64,000 nt of DNA, from assembly GCA_963717145.1 (NCBI GenBank), contig OY970325.1, positions 4,544,001 to 4,608,000 of the forward strand, read 5' to 3'. The notes under the pieces are model-generated. The model had not been told where the DNA came from. It saw only the letters and a program-made list of their open reading frames with translations, and searched no databases. A program made the translations under genes and the position numbers. Of the stretch, positions 49,497 through 59,786 are shown in pieces. The stretch's first letter is position 1. Every line of letters starts with the position of its first letter. The stretch is from an uncultured Armatimonadetes bacterium (lineage in GTDB: Bacteria > Armatimonadota > UBA5829 > DTJY01).

Positions 49497-51287
49497 ATGG
49501 CCAATTCGAAAGACGACAAACGAGCGACCCATTCTCGAGATGCTGAGAAGCGGCTCGCCGGGTACTACAGACGGCACAGGAGACTGTTCCTCTCAGGCCT
49601 CTTGTGCACGATCGCCATTCAGGGAACCGTTTGGGTCTTCGCGTTCCTCATGGGCGATGTGTTGCGCGCCACTTTCGGCAAGGACCAGTCGAAACTCACC
49701 CTCGTCGCCGCCGCCATAGTCGGAATTCATGTCATCAAGTGGGGGCTGACCTACGGACAGACGTGCCTGATCTCCGCCGCTACGCAGAAGATCGCGGTCA
49801 GGCTCCGGAACGAGTTGTACGCCCATCTCCAAGCGCTTTCCCTCAGTTTCTTCGAGCGCACCAAGATCGGCCACCTGATGTCGAGGATGACCAACGACGT
49901 GAACGTCATCCAGTCGTCGTCCCAGCAGGTGGTAGAGGCCGTCTCAGCGCCAGTGGGCATCGTCGGGGGCCTCATCGCTGTCTTCGTCACGAACTGGCGG
50001 CTGGCCCTGGTTTCTGTGGTCGTGCTGCCGTTCATGTCATACGCCTTAGTCAAGATCAGTCGGGGCATGCGCAGCCTATCCGAGTTCCTCCAGCACAGTC
50101 TCTCGGACGTCGCCGCCGTCCTTCAGGAAACGCTCTCCGCGGTTCGGATCGTGAAGTCCTTTGGGATGGAAGACTACGAGACGAACCGTTTCGCCGGCGA
50201 AAACGAACGCACCTACGGAGCCGCCATGCGCGCCATCCGACGGAGCGCCCTGATGTCGCCGACCATCGAGCTTCTGGGCGTCACGGGGATCGCGTTCGTG
50301 CTGTGGTATGGCGGCCTGATGGTCGTGCGGAACACGATGCCGGGCTTCGACGCCGCCGACATGGTGGTCTTCCTCATGCTGCTCAGAGGTATCTCGGATT
50401 CCGCCAGGCAGCTCGGCAGGATCAACATCACCTATCATCAGATCATGACCGGCGCCACGAGGATATTCGATGTCCTCGACGAGGTCCCCGATGTCCGGGA
50501 GTCGCCCGAGGCAAGTGTGATGCCCGACATCGCCGGACGGATCGAGTTCCGACAGGTCTCATTCGGCTACAGTCCCGACAAGCCGGTACTCCACGACATA
50601 TCGTTCACCGTCGAGCCCGGCCGACAAGTCGCGCTGGTCGGTCCAAGCGGCGCGGGGAAGTCCACGATCGCGAACCTGATTCCGAGGTTCTACGACGTGA
50701 CGGACGGCGCTGTACTGATCGACGGGATGGACGTGCGCGATGTCACCCTCAGTTCGGTTCGCAGGCAGATCGGCATCGTCCCGCAGGAGACAATGCTGTT
50801 TAGCTCGAGCATCAAGGAGAACATCGCTTACGGGAGGATGGACGCCTCCGATGCGGACATACAGGCGGCCGCGGAAGCCGCCAACGCCCGCGAGTTCATC
50901 GAGGCCATGCCCGAGGGGTACGACACGCTGGTCGGCGAGCGTGGCGCGAAGCTCTCGGGCGGTCAGAGGCAGCGGATTGCGATCGCACGGGCGCTTCTCA
51001 AGGATCCGAGGCTGCTCATCCTCGATGAGGCGACCTCCTCGCTGGATGTGGCATCGGAGCAGGTCGTTCAGGAGGCCTTGGAGCGGCTCATGGCAAACAG
51101 GACGACCCTGGTGATCGCTCACAGGCTTTCCACCATCGTCAATGCGGACCGGATCGTCGTCATGAAGGATGGCGGGATAGTGGAGATCGGGAATCACACG
51201 GAGCTGATGGCGAAAGGCGGGGTGTACGCCCAGTTGTATGCGATCCAAAGCCGGAAGGTACCGGAGAGTGCGGGCGGGAGGAAATAG
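49497..51287 (+). CDS. msbA: MsbA-like lipid A flippase (ABC TMD + NBD)
   Basis: GPSGAGKST, LSGGQRQR, ILDEATS; position in the lpx cluster. Confidence 0.85.
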   Translation: MANSKDDKRATHSRDAEKRLAGYYRRHRRLFLSGLLCTIAIQGTVWVFAFLMGDVLRATFGKDQSKLTLVAAAIVGIHVIKWGLTYGQTCLISAATQKIAVRLRNELYAHLQALSLSFFERTKIGHLMSRMTNDVNVIQSSSQQVVEAVSAPVGIVGGLIAVFVTNWRLALVSVVVLPFMSYALVKISRGMRSLSEFLQHSLSDVAAVLQETLSAVRIVKSFGMEDYETNRFAGENERTYGAAMRAIRRSALMSPTIELLGVTGIAFVLWYGGLMVVRNTMPGFDAADMVVFLMLLRGISDSARQLGRINITYHQIMTGATRIFDVLDEVPDVRESPEASVMPDIAGRIEFRQVSFGYSPDKPVLHDISFTVEPGRQVALVGPSGAGKSTIANLIPRFYDVTDGAVLIDGMDVRDVTLSSVRRQIGIVPQETMLFSSSIKENIAYGRMDASDADIQAAAEAANAREFIEAMPEGYDTLVGERGAKLSGGQRQRIAIARALLKDPRLLILDEATSSLDVASEQVVQEALERLMANRTTLVIAHRLSTIVNADRIVVMKDGGIVEIGNHTELMAKGGVYAQLYAIQSRKVPESAGGRK

Positions 51288-51289
51288 CG

Positions 51290-51945
51290 GTGACTTTGCT
51301 CCCCAAGGGTTCAAAGCCTGGTCTCATCTCCTTCTTCGGCTGGCTACTCATGCAGTTCATCGGACTTACGAGCCGGTGCAGGATCGTGGGCTATGACCGG
51401 GTAGAAGAGATGATCCGGAGCCGCCAGGGGTTTATCTTCATGCTGTGGCATGGGCGCACGATGCTCCCGGTCTATTTCTACCGCAACATGGGCGTTCATG
51501 CGATCATCGCGCTGTCGCGGGATGGCGAGCTTCAGTCGCGGATATTCCGGAGATTCGGTTTCGCCGTTATCCGGGGCTCGACCGGTCGCGGCGGCGTCAA
51601 GGCCGCTCTGACCGCTGTGAAGCGCCTGAGGGAGGGCGGGATGCTTGCCATCACGCCTGATGGACCCCTGGGTCCCCGAACGAGATTCAGGATGGAACGA
51701 TCTTTATTGCGAAGAAGGCCGGGGTGCCGATCGTTCCGGTCGGAGTAGGGATCAGCCGCCGGAAGCTCATGCCGACGTGGGACAGCTATGCGCTTCCGAT
51801 GCCGTTCTGCAGGTGCGGACTGGTCTTCGGAGATCCGCTCTCAGTCGCCGCCGAAGCAGATGATGCCGAGCTGAGGGACATGCTCAAGAGCGCCCTCGAT
51901 CGCGCGGAGTGCGAGGCCAGGATGCTCGTCGGAGAGGAGCACTGA
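51290..51945 (+). CDS. DUF374 lysophospholipid acyltransferase (LpxJ-like); frameshift at ~51675
   Basis: LWHGR, SRDGE, IRGS, ITPDGPLGP; continues NEIQDGTIFIAKKAGVPIVP..TWD..LPMPF if one C is added to CCCC at 51674-51677. Confidence 0.85.
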
Positions 51946-53261
51946 ACACGGTGGCGTCGTTTCTGTACAATCTCCTTCTCATGGTCTGCTCTCCGGCGCT
52001 TTTCATCTACTTCCTCTGGCGGATTTTCATCAGCGGGAAGTCGAATGAGTCCTGGCGTCAGAATCTCGGGGCGCTCCCGCGTCTCGCCGACCGCGGCGGA
52101 CGTAAGCTGGTCTGGATCCATGCGGTCTCCGTAGGCGAGACCGTCGCATCTTTCCCGGTGGAGGAAGAGATCAAGCGTCTGATGCCGGACGTAATCATCC
52201 TCCACACGACGATCACACAGACGGGGCATGACGTCGCCCGCAAATCCGCGAAGTCGGCCGATGCGACCGCATACTTCCCATTCGATTTCCTCTTCTCCGT
52301 GAATCGCGCGCTCGACCGGGTGAGGCCTGACGTCTTCGTGATGATAGACACTGAGATCTGGCCGAACTTCCTCTCGGAGGCGCACAGTCGAGGCGTAAAG
52401 ACCGTCTTGGCGAACGGGCGGATCTCCGATAAGACGATAAAGAGCAGCAAGAGGTGGCCGTCGCTGCTAAAGTGGGCCACGTCCAACATCGATCAGTGCC
52501 TGATGCAGACCGACGAGGATGGGTTCCGGATCATATCGCTCGGCGCCCGACCGAATTCCGTGCACATCGTCGGCAGCACGAAGTTCGACCAGGACGGCGG
52601 ACAGCTCCCCCCGGCTGATGTGATCGCTCTCCGCGCTGACCTCGGCATCCCCGACTCGTCGCGTGTCCTCGTGGCGGGGAGCACCAATCCGGGTGAGGAC
52701 GAGCCGGTCCTCGATGCCTTCCGCATCCTGCGCAACACCTCTGATGGCGCGCGGGAAATGCGCCTCGTCATCGCACCGAGGCAGCTCGATCGGGCTGAGG
52801 AGATATGCTCCCTGGCCCAGTCGCGAGGGCTCACCTGCGCCCGGCGGTCGATGAAGGAGTCGGTCACCCCCGGCGGCTACGATGTCCTGATCCTCGACAC
52901 TTTCGGCGAGTTGGCGTCGGTCTACGCTGCCGGAGAGATAGCGTTCGTCGGAGGCAGCCTCATTCCCAAGGGCGGGCACAGCATCGTGCAGCCGATCCTG
53001 CAGGGGAAACCGGTCCTCTTCGGTCCGTACACGCACAAGACCCGCGATGTGGCGCAGATGGCGCTCTCTGCGGGCGTCGGCTTCGAGGTCAGGGACGCGG
53101 CGGAGTTCGCCTCGCGGGCCGAATCCCTGCTCTCGGATCGTGACCTCCTTGCTCAGATAGACGCCGCATGCCGGGAGCTTGTGGCCCGGAACAGAGGGGC
53201 CTCCACCCGCTGCGCGGAGGCGATCGTCAAGTTGCTGGAGCCCGACCATGGCCGGGAATAG
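51942..53261 (+). CDS. waaA: Kdo transferase (start approximate)
   Basis: WIHAVSVGE, TEIWPN, NGRIS, VAGST, DTFGEL, FVGGSL..GGH. Confidence 0.94.
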   Translation: MNTVASFLYNLLLMVCSPALFIYFLWRIFISGKSNESWRQNLGALPRLADRGGRKLVWIHAVSVGETVASFPVEEEIKRLMPDVIILHTTITQTGHDVARKSAKSADATAYFPFDFLFSVNRALDRVRPDVFVMIDTEIWPNFLSEAHSRGVKTVLANGRISDKTIKSSKRWPSLLKWATSNIDQCLMQTDEDGFRIISLGARPNSVHIVGSTKFDQDGGQLPPADVIALRADLGIPDSSRVLVAGSTNPGEDEPVLDAFRILRNTSDGAREMRLVIAPRQLDRAEEICSLAQSRGLTCARRSMKESVTPGGYDVLILDTFGELASVYAAGEIAFVGGSLIPKGGHSIVQPILQGKPVLFGPYTHKTRDVAQMALSAGVGFEVRDAAEFASRAESLLSDRDLLAQIDAACRELVARNRGASTRCAEAIVKLLEPDHGRE

Positions 53262-54339
53262 GGCCGCGCTGGAGTACCTCGAGTCGGTCGTCTATGGTGA
53301 TCGTCGCCGGCTGATCGACCTGCCGGTCCTCGGAGCGCTCAGAGGGCTGTCGTGCGTCTACCGCGCGGGCCTGCAACTCTACATGCTCCCATTCGATCTC
53401 GGCATCCGCCGAAGGAAGCGCCTCCCGGTCCCCGTGATCAGTATCGGCAACATCACCATGGGCGGCACGGGCAAAACTCCGATGACGAGGTACGTGTGCG
53501 AGGGACTGCTGGCCCGTGGACGGAAGCCCGCGGTGTTGAGTTATGGCTATGGAGGATCGCTCGCGGGACGGTTCGGCATCGTCTCTGTGCCGGAGGAGTT
53601 GCGTCTCACCGCGCGCGAGGCCGGCGACGAACCCGTGATGCTGGCGTCGAAGCTGCCCGGAGTCCCTGTCCTCGTCGGGAAGCACCGCCACGAGACTGGG
53701 ACTCATGCGGTCAGGGAATTCGGCACAGACATCGCGGTTCTGGATGATGGCTTCCAGGTCTGGAAGCTCCATCGGGACCTCGACATAGTCCTGGTGGATG
53801 GGACCGCCCCGTTCGACAACGGCAGAACGCTCCCCGCAGGCAGACTTCGTGAGCCGCCATCCGCGCTTCGGCGCGCGAAGTGCATTGTAATCACAGGCAT
53901 CGATTCGGGCGACGTCACAGCCGCAGTCTCCCGTATCGCTCCCGGCGCGTCCATCTTCTCCGCCAGGCACGTCGCAGAGGCCCTCCGTCCCATCGGCGGC
54001 GGTGAACAGATCGGCTTGGGCGACCTCCACGGGCGGAGGGTCTTCGCGCTCTCTTCGATTGCCCATCCGGAGTCGTTTGCGAGGACCCTCGGCGAGACCG
54101 GCGCGCTGTCTGCCGGCAGAGGTTGTTACCCGGACCATCACCTCTACACGCAGGAAGACATCCTTGATATAGAGAACAAGGCCAGAGAATGCGGCGCGGA
54201 ATTCGTCGTCACGACCGAGAAGGACGCCGTGAAGCTGGAAGGCATTCGCACCGATCTGTCATTCCTCGCGATCGGAACGCGATTCTCTGTCAGCGATGAG
54301 GCCCGCTTCTGGGATATCATATGGAGTGCGGTGGCGTAA
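53248..54339 (+). CDS. lpxK: tetraacyldisaccharide 4'-kinase
   Basis: VISIGNITMGGTGKTP, GDEP, LDDGFQ, LPAGRLREP, YPDHH, TTEKDAVK. Confidence 0.95.
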   Translation: MAGNRAALEYLESVVYGDRRRLIDLPVLGALRGLSCVYRAGLQLYMLPFDLGIRRRKRLPVPVISIGNITMGGTGKTPMTRYVCEGLLARGRKPAVLSYGYGGSLAGRFGIVSVPEELRLTAREAGDEPVMLASKLPGVPVLVGKHRHETGTHAVREFGTDIAVLDDGFQVWKLHRDLDIVLVDGTAPFDNGRTLPAGRLREPPSALRRAKCIVITGIDSGDVTAAVSRIAPGASIFSARHVAEALRPIGGGEQIGLGDLHGRRVFALSSIAHPESFARTLGETGALSAGRGCYPDHHLYTQEDILDIENKARECGAEFVVTTEKDAVKLEGIRTDLSFLAIGTRFSVSDEARFWDIIWSAVA

Positions 54340-54359
54340 TGCCGCCCTGCGCCCGATTC

Positions 54360-54490
54360 CCTGACGACTCCCGTCGTCGGGGCCGTCCCCGACGACGGGA
54401 GTCGTCAGGACATCGCTAGCGTGCTATCCCGTAGGGGAGGCCTTCAACGGCCTCCGGTTTGCGGGCGACCGTAGAAGGTCGCCCCTACGG
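54360..54490. repeat. two adjacent REP-like palindromes (54360-54409 and GTAG-type 54429-54490)
   Basis: CCTGACGACTCCCGTCGTCGGG/CCCGACGACGGGAGTCGTCAGG; CCGTAGGGG...CCCCTACGG. Confidence 0.8.
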
Positions 54491-54505
54491 CTGGAGTTCC
54501 AACTG

Positions 54506-55603
54506 ATGCTCGAAAGCCTCGAGGTTGCCGGGAGCAGCCGAATTCTCATAGTAAAGCTCAGCTCGATCGGCGATGTCATCATGGCCACGCCCGTCGCCAA
54601 GGCGCTCAGGGCCGCCTTCCCGAACGCCCACATCTCATGGGTGGTCGAATCCAGGGCGCGTGATATCCTCCTGGACAATCCATATCTCGATGAGGTTATC
54701 GTCTGGGAACGGCCGCCCTTCGCAGGCCGGAATCCCCGGGACTGGGTGACCATGACGGGCAGTCTCAGGGCGCTTGGCCGGGAACTGCGCAAGCGGGAAT
54801 TCGACATTGCTATCGACCTGCAGGGACTCCTGCGCAGCGCCCTCATCGCCAAACTGTCCCACGCCCGGCATATCCTTGGCTATGAAAACGGCAGGGAAGG
54901 CAGCCCGTGGTTCTACACCGATCGCTTCCCCGCGAGCCAGAACTCACGCGGCCCGCAGATCTATCTGGATATGCTCCAACTCCTCGGGATCAACTGCACG
55001 GATCTCGATATGCACATCCCGGTCGGCGACGACGACCGCGCCTATGTCCGCGACCTGATCGACCGGGAGTCCGCTCGATGTCTCCCCGGGCGCAGGTATG
55101 TGGTGGCTCTGGCGCCGGCGACCACCTGGCCGCAGAAGCACTGGACCGTGGAGGGTTGGGCTGGGCTTGCCGACAGCCTGATCGACCGGTACAACGCGCT
55201 CCCGGTTCTCCTCGGAGCGCCGGTGGACTCTGAGTTGATCGGTCAGATCCACGCTCTGATGCGTCACAGGGCAGGGGGCCTGGTGGGTAAGACCACGCTC
55301 AAGCAGGCGGCGGCGGCCCTCGAGCTGTCCGATCTTGTGGTGTGCGTAGACACCGGCATGCTGCACATTTCCGCCGCGCTCGGCCGTCCGTCCGTCGGTA
55401 TCTTCGGGCCCACCGGCTGGCAGCATCTTATCAGCGGCGAAAACGTGTCCGTGGTGGCCAAGGACCTGCCGTGCATGCCGTGCATGAGGCATCCCACGTG
55501 CACGGAGTACGACTGCATGAAGGCGATCACTCCTGAAGACATCCTTGAGGCGGGCCGACAATGGCTGGGCGATGCGCGTCAGGTAGCCAGAGAAACGAGT
55601 TGA
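54506..55603 (+). CDS. GT9 heptosyltransferase (WaaC/WaaF-like)
   Basis: ILIVKLSSIGDV, DLQGLLRS, KHW, DTGMLHISAA..FGPT. Confidence 0.9.
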   Translation: MLESLEVAGSSRILIVKLSSIGDVIMATPVAKALRAAFPNAHISWVVESRARDILLDNPYLDEVIVWERPPFAGRNPRDWVTMTGSLRALGRELRKREFDIAIDLQGLLRSALIAKLSHARHILGYENGREGSPWFYTDRFPASQNSRGPQIYLDMLQLLGINCTDLDMHIPVGDDDRAYVRDLIDRESARCLPGRRYVVALAPATTWPQKHWTVEGWAGLADSLIDRYNALPVLLGAPVDSELIGQIHALMRHRAGGLVGKTTLKQAAAALELSDLVVCVDTGMLHISAALGRPSVGIFGPTGWQHLISGENVSVVAKDLPCMPCMRHPTCTEYDCMKAITPEDILEAGRQWLGDARQVARETS

Positions 55604-55610
55604 GCTAGAG

Positions 55611-57848
55611 ATGAGTCGCAGCAAGAGAATATACTTTCTGGCATATTATTCGCCGCACACAAAGCTGTGCCGCCAGATGAAGCGCAGCTTGCCAGAAGAT
55701 GTCAGAGGCGACCTGAAACTCGTGTACGCGCTCACTCCACTGAGCCTCTGCTGCAGCTCGACCCCGCCGGATGGTGTTCCCGAGGAATTCTTCGACCAGA
55801 TGATAGTTCCGTACGTCAGCATGAAGACTCTGCGGGAGCCGAAACTCGATACGCCGGCCTGGCGCGCCAGGATTCGCCGCCGAGCCATTCAGTGGTACCG
55901 GTTCTTCCTCAGGGAACTGAAAGACGTGGACTTGCTGGTCATGTGGAGTGGGTTTCCCGTCCCCCTGGCGGCCGCAGCAGCGGCGGCAAAGCAACTGGGC
56001 AAGCGAGTCGCTTTCTGCGAAAACGGCGTACTGCCGGGAACAATCGCCATTGACCCGGTGGGGGTCAACTACCGATGCTCCCTGACCGGGAAAGAAGCCG
56101 ATTTCTACGAGTCCTTTCCGTATGATGAGGCCGCAGCCGAGAAGCTGTTCGCGACCGTTTGGCCTCAACGCCCTCTTCATACCGCCGGATTGCGCCAGGG
56201 GAATGTTGTCGGCGATGAGAACACGCCGTTACCCGCGAACTATGTCCTCTACGCGATGCAGGTCAACGATGACAGTCAGATACGGCTGTTCTCGCCGCGC
56301 TTCCGCAACATGGAGGAATCGGTAACGTACACGTATCGGCAGTTGCAGGAGTACAACCGACACGCCAAGGAGCCTCTGACCCTCGTGGTGAAGGAGCATC
56401 CGTCTGATTTCGGACGCGTCGATTACAGCCGCCTTCGGGCGTCGATGCCCGATGCAGTGTTCCTGCGGAGTACGCCCATACGCGACCTGATAAAGCATGC
56501 GAAACTGGTCATTGCGATCAACTCCTCTGTTGCGGTGGAAGCCCTGTTCTCCAATCTGCCTGTCCTGACGCTGGGCCAGGCGTTCTACAATGTGAAGGGA
56601 CTTGTGCGTCATCTCGAAGCCGATGAGGAACTGGCCGACATCCTGCCGACTCTCCTCTCGGACCCGATAGACTACCGACTGCGAAAGCACTTCCTCTGTT
56701 TCATGTGGGAGCACTATCTTGTTCTGCATCCGGGCAAGCATGCTATCGGCATAGTCAAAGCACGAGAACGGCTGATGGATATGCTGGAGGATCGCCTTGC
56801 CTGGTACCCCGGAGGCGGGCGGAAGGGCAGCCAGTTGCCTGGAAAGCCATTGCACATAGCCTGCTTTCACCTCAACCAGATCGGGGATCTGCTTTTCTCC
56901 CTGCCTGCCCTCTACAATCTCCGAGCGCGGTACCCCAAGGTGCACATCACGGGCATCACCCGGCCTGCATGTAAGGACTTGCTGCTCCTATCCGGCATGG
57001 TGGATGACGTTATAGAACGGCCGGGCGGATCGCTGATCGACTCAGTAAGGCTCGGTCTGCAGATTCGGCGCAAGCCGTTCGACCTCATGCTTCTCTTCTC
57101 CACCTCCCCTTCCGCATGGATCGTGGGCCATCTCTCCGGCTCCAAGGTCAAGGCCGGATTCGATCACGATATCCCCGGGATCGGACTCCAGTGCCGCGTG
57201 CCGTGGTCTTTCCCGGCGTCCACCGAGAACAACCTGCGGATGATAGAGGCAATCGGATCCCCGGTGGCGAAGAGGGACTACGTAGGGCTGATTTCCCCCG
57301 GCGACGCCGAGCTTTCCGAAGCGGACCGGCTCCTCGACTCCGTCGGTGTGCCGGAAGGAGAGCCGATCGCCGTTCTATCACCGGCCACGTCGAGAGGGCG
57401 CGAGATCAAGCGTTGGCCGGACAAGTGCTGTGCGGAGGTCGCCGATGCCCTGAAGGAGCAGTTCGGACTGACTCCGGTCATCGTCGGGATGCAGGGCGAT
57501 GCGGACGGCATCTCTGGAACCAGTCGGCACGCTCGCGATATCACCGGCCGGACATCACTACCGGTCCTGGCCGGAGTCATCGCGAGGTCCCGCATGATGA
57601 TCGGTACGGACTCCGGCGTGATGCACCTGGCCGGCGCGGTCGGCGTCCCGGTGATCGCGCTCTTTGGCCCGACCGATCATGCGATTACCGGTCCGCAGGG
57701 AGTGCATCGGATCGTGCGCCTCGACTTGCCGTGCGCTCCATGCCGGGCCAACAAGTGCGGCATAGGGCGTCCGTGCATGGAAGGTATCACGCCCGAGATG
57801 GTGATCCGGGCGGTCAGGGACTTGGGAGAGGACTGCCGTGCGGATTGA
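55611..57848 (+). CDS. fusion of KpsS-like capsule-synthesis domain and GT9 heptosyltransferase
   Basis: N-half: CENGVLP, MQVNDDSQI, VKEHP, INSSVAVEAL..LGQAFY. C-half: NQIGDLLF, KRWP, DSGVMHLA..FGPT. Confidence 0.8.
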   Translation: MSRSKRIYFLAYYSPHTKLCRQMKRSLPEDVRGDLKLVYALTPLSLCCSSTPPDGVPEEFFDQMIVPYVSMKTLREPKLDTPAWRARIRRRAIQWYRFFLRELKDVDLLVMWSGFPVPLAAAAAAAKQLGKRVAFCENGVLPGTIAIDPVGVNYRCSLTGKEADFYESFPYDEAAAEKLFATVWPQRPLHTAGLRQGNVVGDENTPLPANYVLYAMQVNDDSQIRLFSPRFRNMEESVTYTYRQLQEYNRHAKEPLTLVVKEHPSDFGRVDYSRLRASMPDAVFLRSTPIRDLIKHAKLVIAINSSVAVEALFSNLPVLTLGQAFYNVKGLVRHLEADEELADILPTLLSDPIDYRLRKHFLCFMWEHYLVLHPGKHAIGIVKARERLMDMLEDRLAWYPGGGRKGSQLPGKPLHIACFHLNQIGDLLFSLPALYNLRARYPKVHITGITRPACKDLLLLSGMVDDVIERPGGSLIDSVRLGLQIRRKPFDLMLLFSTSPSAWIVGHLSGSKVKAGFDHDIPGIGLQCRVPWSFPASTENNLRMIEAIGSPVAKRDYVGLISPGDAELSEADRLLDSVGVPEGEPIAVLSPATSRGREIKRWPDKCCAEVADALKEQFGLTPVIVGMQGDADGISGTSRHARDITGRTSLPVLAGVIARSRMMIGTDSGVMHLAGAVGVPVIALFGPTDHAITGPQGVHRIVRLDLPCAPCRANKCGIGRPCMEGITPEMVIRAVRDLGEDCRAD

Positions 57849-58533
57849 ATGGCCCTTCGGACGCAGAGCCTACAAGAGCCGAGCTTTCAGACAGCCGCGG
57901 ATCTGGTCGAACCGCGTGCTCCGGACGATCTCGCCTCTCTTCACAGGCAGCGTCATCAATGTGAGCGCGTGGCAGGACGAGGACAAAGAAGGCGGCAGGT
58001 ATGTCGATTACTTCACCAGTGCGTCCGGGTACTCAATCTCCAACTACACGGGCGACTGTGGGGCCACCGGCCGCGCGGATGAAGTCATCCTCGACCTCAG
58101 CCGGGACCTTCCGGATGGCCTTCGACGCGGGTTCGATGTCGTGTTCAACCACACGACTCTCGAACACATCTATGATGTGCGCAAGGCATTCTCGAATCTC
58201 TGCGATATGAGCCGCGATGTCGTCATCGTGGTCGTTCCCTTCATGCAGCCGAGCCACATCACCTCATCCTACGAGGACTATTGGCGCTTCACCCCTCAGG
58301 CGCTCAGAAAGATGTTCGCCGAGCAGGGCCTGACGGTTGTCTTCGAAAGCTCGAATCATCCGACGCACACCGGCGTCTACGTTCTGACAGTGGCCGCCAG
58401 AGACCCCGAGAAGTGGCGGGAGAAGTTACCGCCGAGCCGGGTATGCGATGACGATCTCGGCTGCCATGTCTTCCAAGCGACGCACCTGTGGAGACGGTTG
58501 AGCAACCGTATCATGCGTCGGCAAGGAAGCTGA
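57838..58533 (+). CDS. methyltransferase-like protein
   Basis: FDVVFNHTTLEHI, VPF, DYWRFTP; glycine-rich motif I not evident. Confidence 0.6.
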   Translation: MRIEWPFGRRAYKSRAFRQPRIWSNRVLRTISPLFTGSVINVSAWQDEDKEGGRYVDYFTSASGYSISNYTGDCGATGRADEVILDLSRDLPDGLRRGFDVVFNHTTLEHIYDVRKAFSNLCDMSRDVVIVVVPFMQPSHITSSYEDYWRFTPQALRKMFAEQGLTVVFESSNHPTHTGVYVLTVAARDPEKWREKLPPSRVCDDDLGCHVFQATHLWRRLSNRIMRRQGS

Positions 58534-58539
58534 TCCACT

Positions 58540-59760
58540 GTGAGGCTCATCTACGCGAACCCGAACCCCATGCCCTCCTCCAGTCCGCCGTCGTTGCAGG
58601 TGATCCATACGGTCGCCGCGATGGCGAGCCGCGCCGAAGTGCACCTCATCGCTCAACGGGGCACGGATCTGCGGGCCGGGGACGATGCGAGGGAGGCGGT
58701 GGCGTCGTACTACGGTATTGATGTCCCGGGCGGACTCCACCTTCATCTGATGAGGGGCTTCGACTACAGACTCGGCGGGGTGCGCCTGTTCTGGAATCTT
58801 CCCTTCAACGCCCGAGTCGCCGCGACCATCCTCGGAATCATGCGATCGTCCCAGCCCGCCGATGCGATACTCGTGCGAAATCTCAGGCTGGCCGAGTTCC
58901 TGCTTCGACACCGGGGGTTGCTCAAGCTCCCACGGGTAGTCTTCGAGACGCATGAGCTGTTCGTGCTTTCCTACCAGGATGAACTGCAGAGGGCCGGCGA
59001 GCAGCGCCCCGAGAAGCTCGCCCGTCTCGGAGATCTCGAACGCTACGTCTATGAGCATGCCGATGGTCTCATCTGTATCACCTCGCATCTGGACTCCATG
59101 ATCCGCGAGCGGTATGGCATCGACAGACCGACACTGATCGCACCCGACGGAGTGAACCTCGATGCGTTCGCTCGATCGCCCGATCGACCGTCGAGGTCCG
59201 ATCGGCCTCCCACGGTGCTTTACCTCGGCAGCCTGCACCGATGGAAGGGAGTGGACGTTCTGCTCGGCGCGGTCGAGCGGCTGCCCGGGGTGCACGCGAG
59301 GATCGTCGGAGGCACGGATGAGACCATCGGTCGGTATACGGACCTCGCCCGGAAGCTCGGCATCGAAGGCCGAGTCCATTTCGAGGGATATGTTCAGCCC
59401 TCAGACAGGTCCCGGCACATGGCCGATGCAGACGTGTTCGTCTTGCCGCTCAAGCCCACAAGCATCGGCAGCTACTTCACCTCGCCGCTCAAACTTTTCG
59501 AGTATATGGCCTCAGGTCGCCCGATCGTCGCATCGAACCTCCCCGCGATTCGTGAGGTATTGGAGGATGGCGTCAACGCGTTGCTCGTTCAGAGCGATGA
59601 TCCTGACGCGCTGGCGGAGGGTATCCGGACGGTCTTGGAGAACCCTGCCTTGGGAGAGCGCCTTGCTTCTCGGGCATCAGAGGATGTGAAGAGCTACACC
59701 TGGGATCGGCGGGCGCAATCAATCTTGGATTTCATCGGCGGCAACTCGATCTCGAGATGA
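58540..59760 (+). CDS. glycosyltransferase family 4
   Basis: YLGSLHRWKG, SPLKLFEYMASGRPIV, YTW. Confidence 0.92.
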   Translation: MRLIYANPNPMPSSSPPSLQVIHTVAAMASRAEVHLIAQRGTDLRAGDDAREAVASYYGIDVPGGLHLHLMRGFDYRLGGVRLFWNLPFNARVAATILGIMRSSQPADAILVRNLRLAEFLLRHRGLLKLPRVVFETHELFVLSYQDELQRAGEQRPEKLARLGDLERYVYEHADGLICITSHLDSMIRERYGIDRPTLIAPDGVNLDAFARSPDRPSRSDRPPTVLYLGSLHRWKGVDVLLGAVERLPGVHARIVGGTDETIGRYTDLARKLGIEGRVHFEGYVQPSDRSRHMADADVFVLPLKPTSIGSYFTSPLKLFEYMASGRPIVASNLPAIREVLEDGVNALLVQSDDPDALAEGIRTVLENPALGERLASRASEDVKSYTWDRRAQSILDFIGGNSISR

Positions 59761-59786
59761 CCGCACTGTCTGAAAGGAAAGTATCC

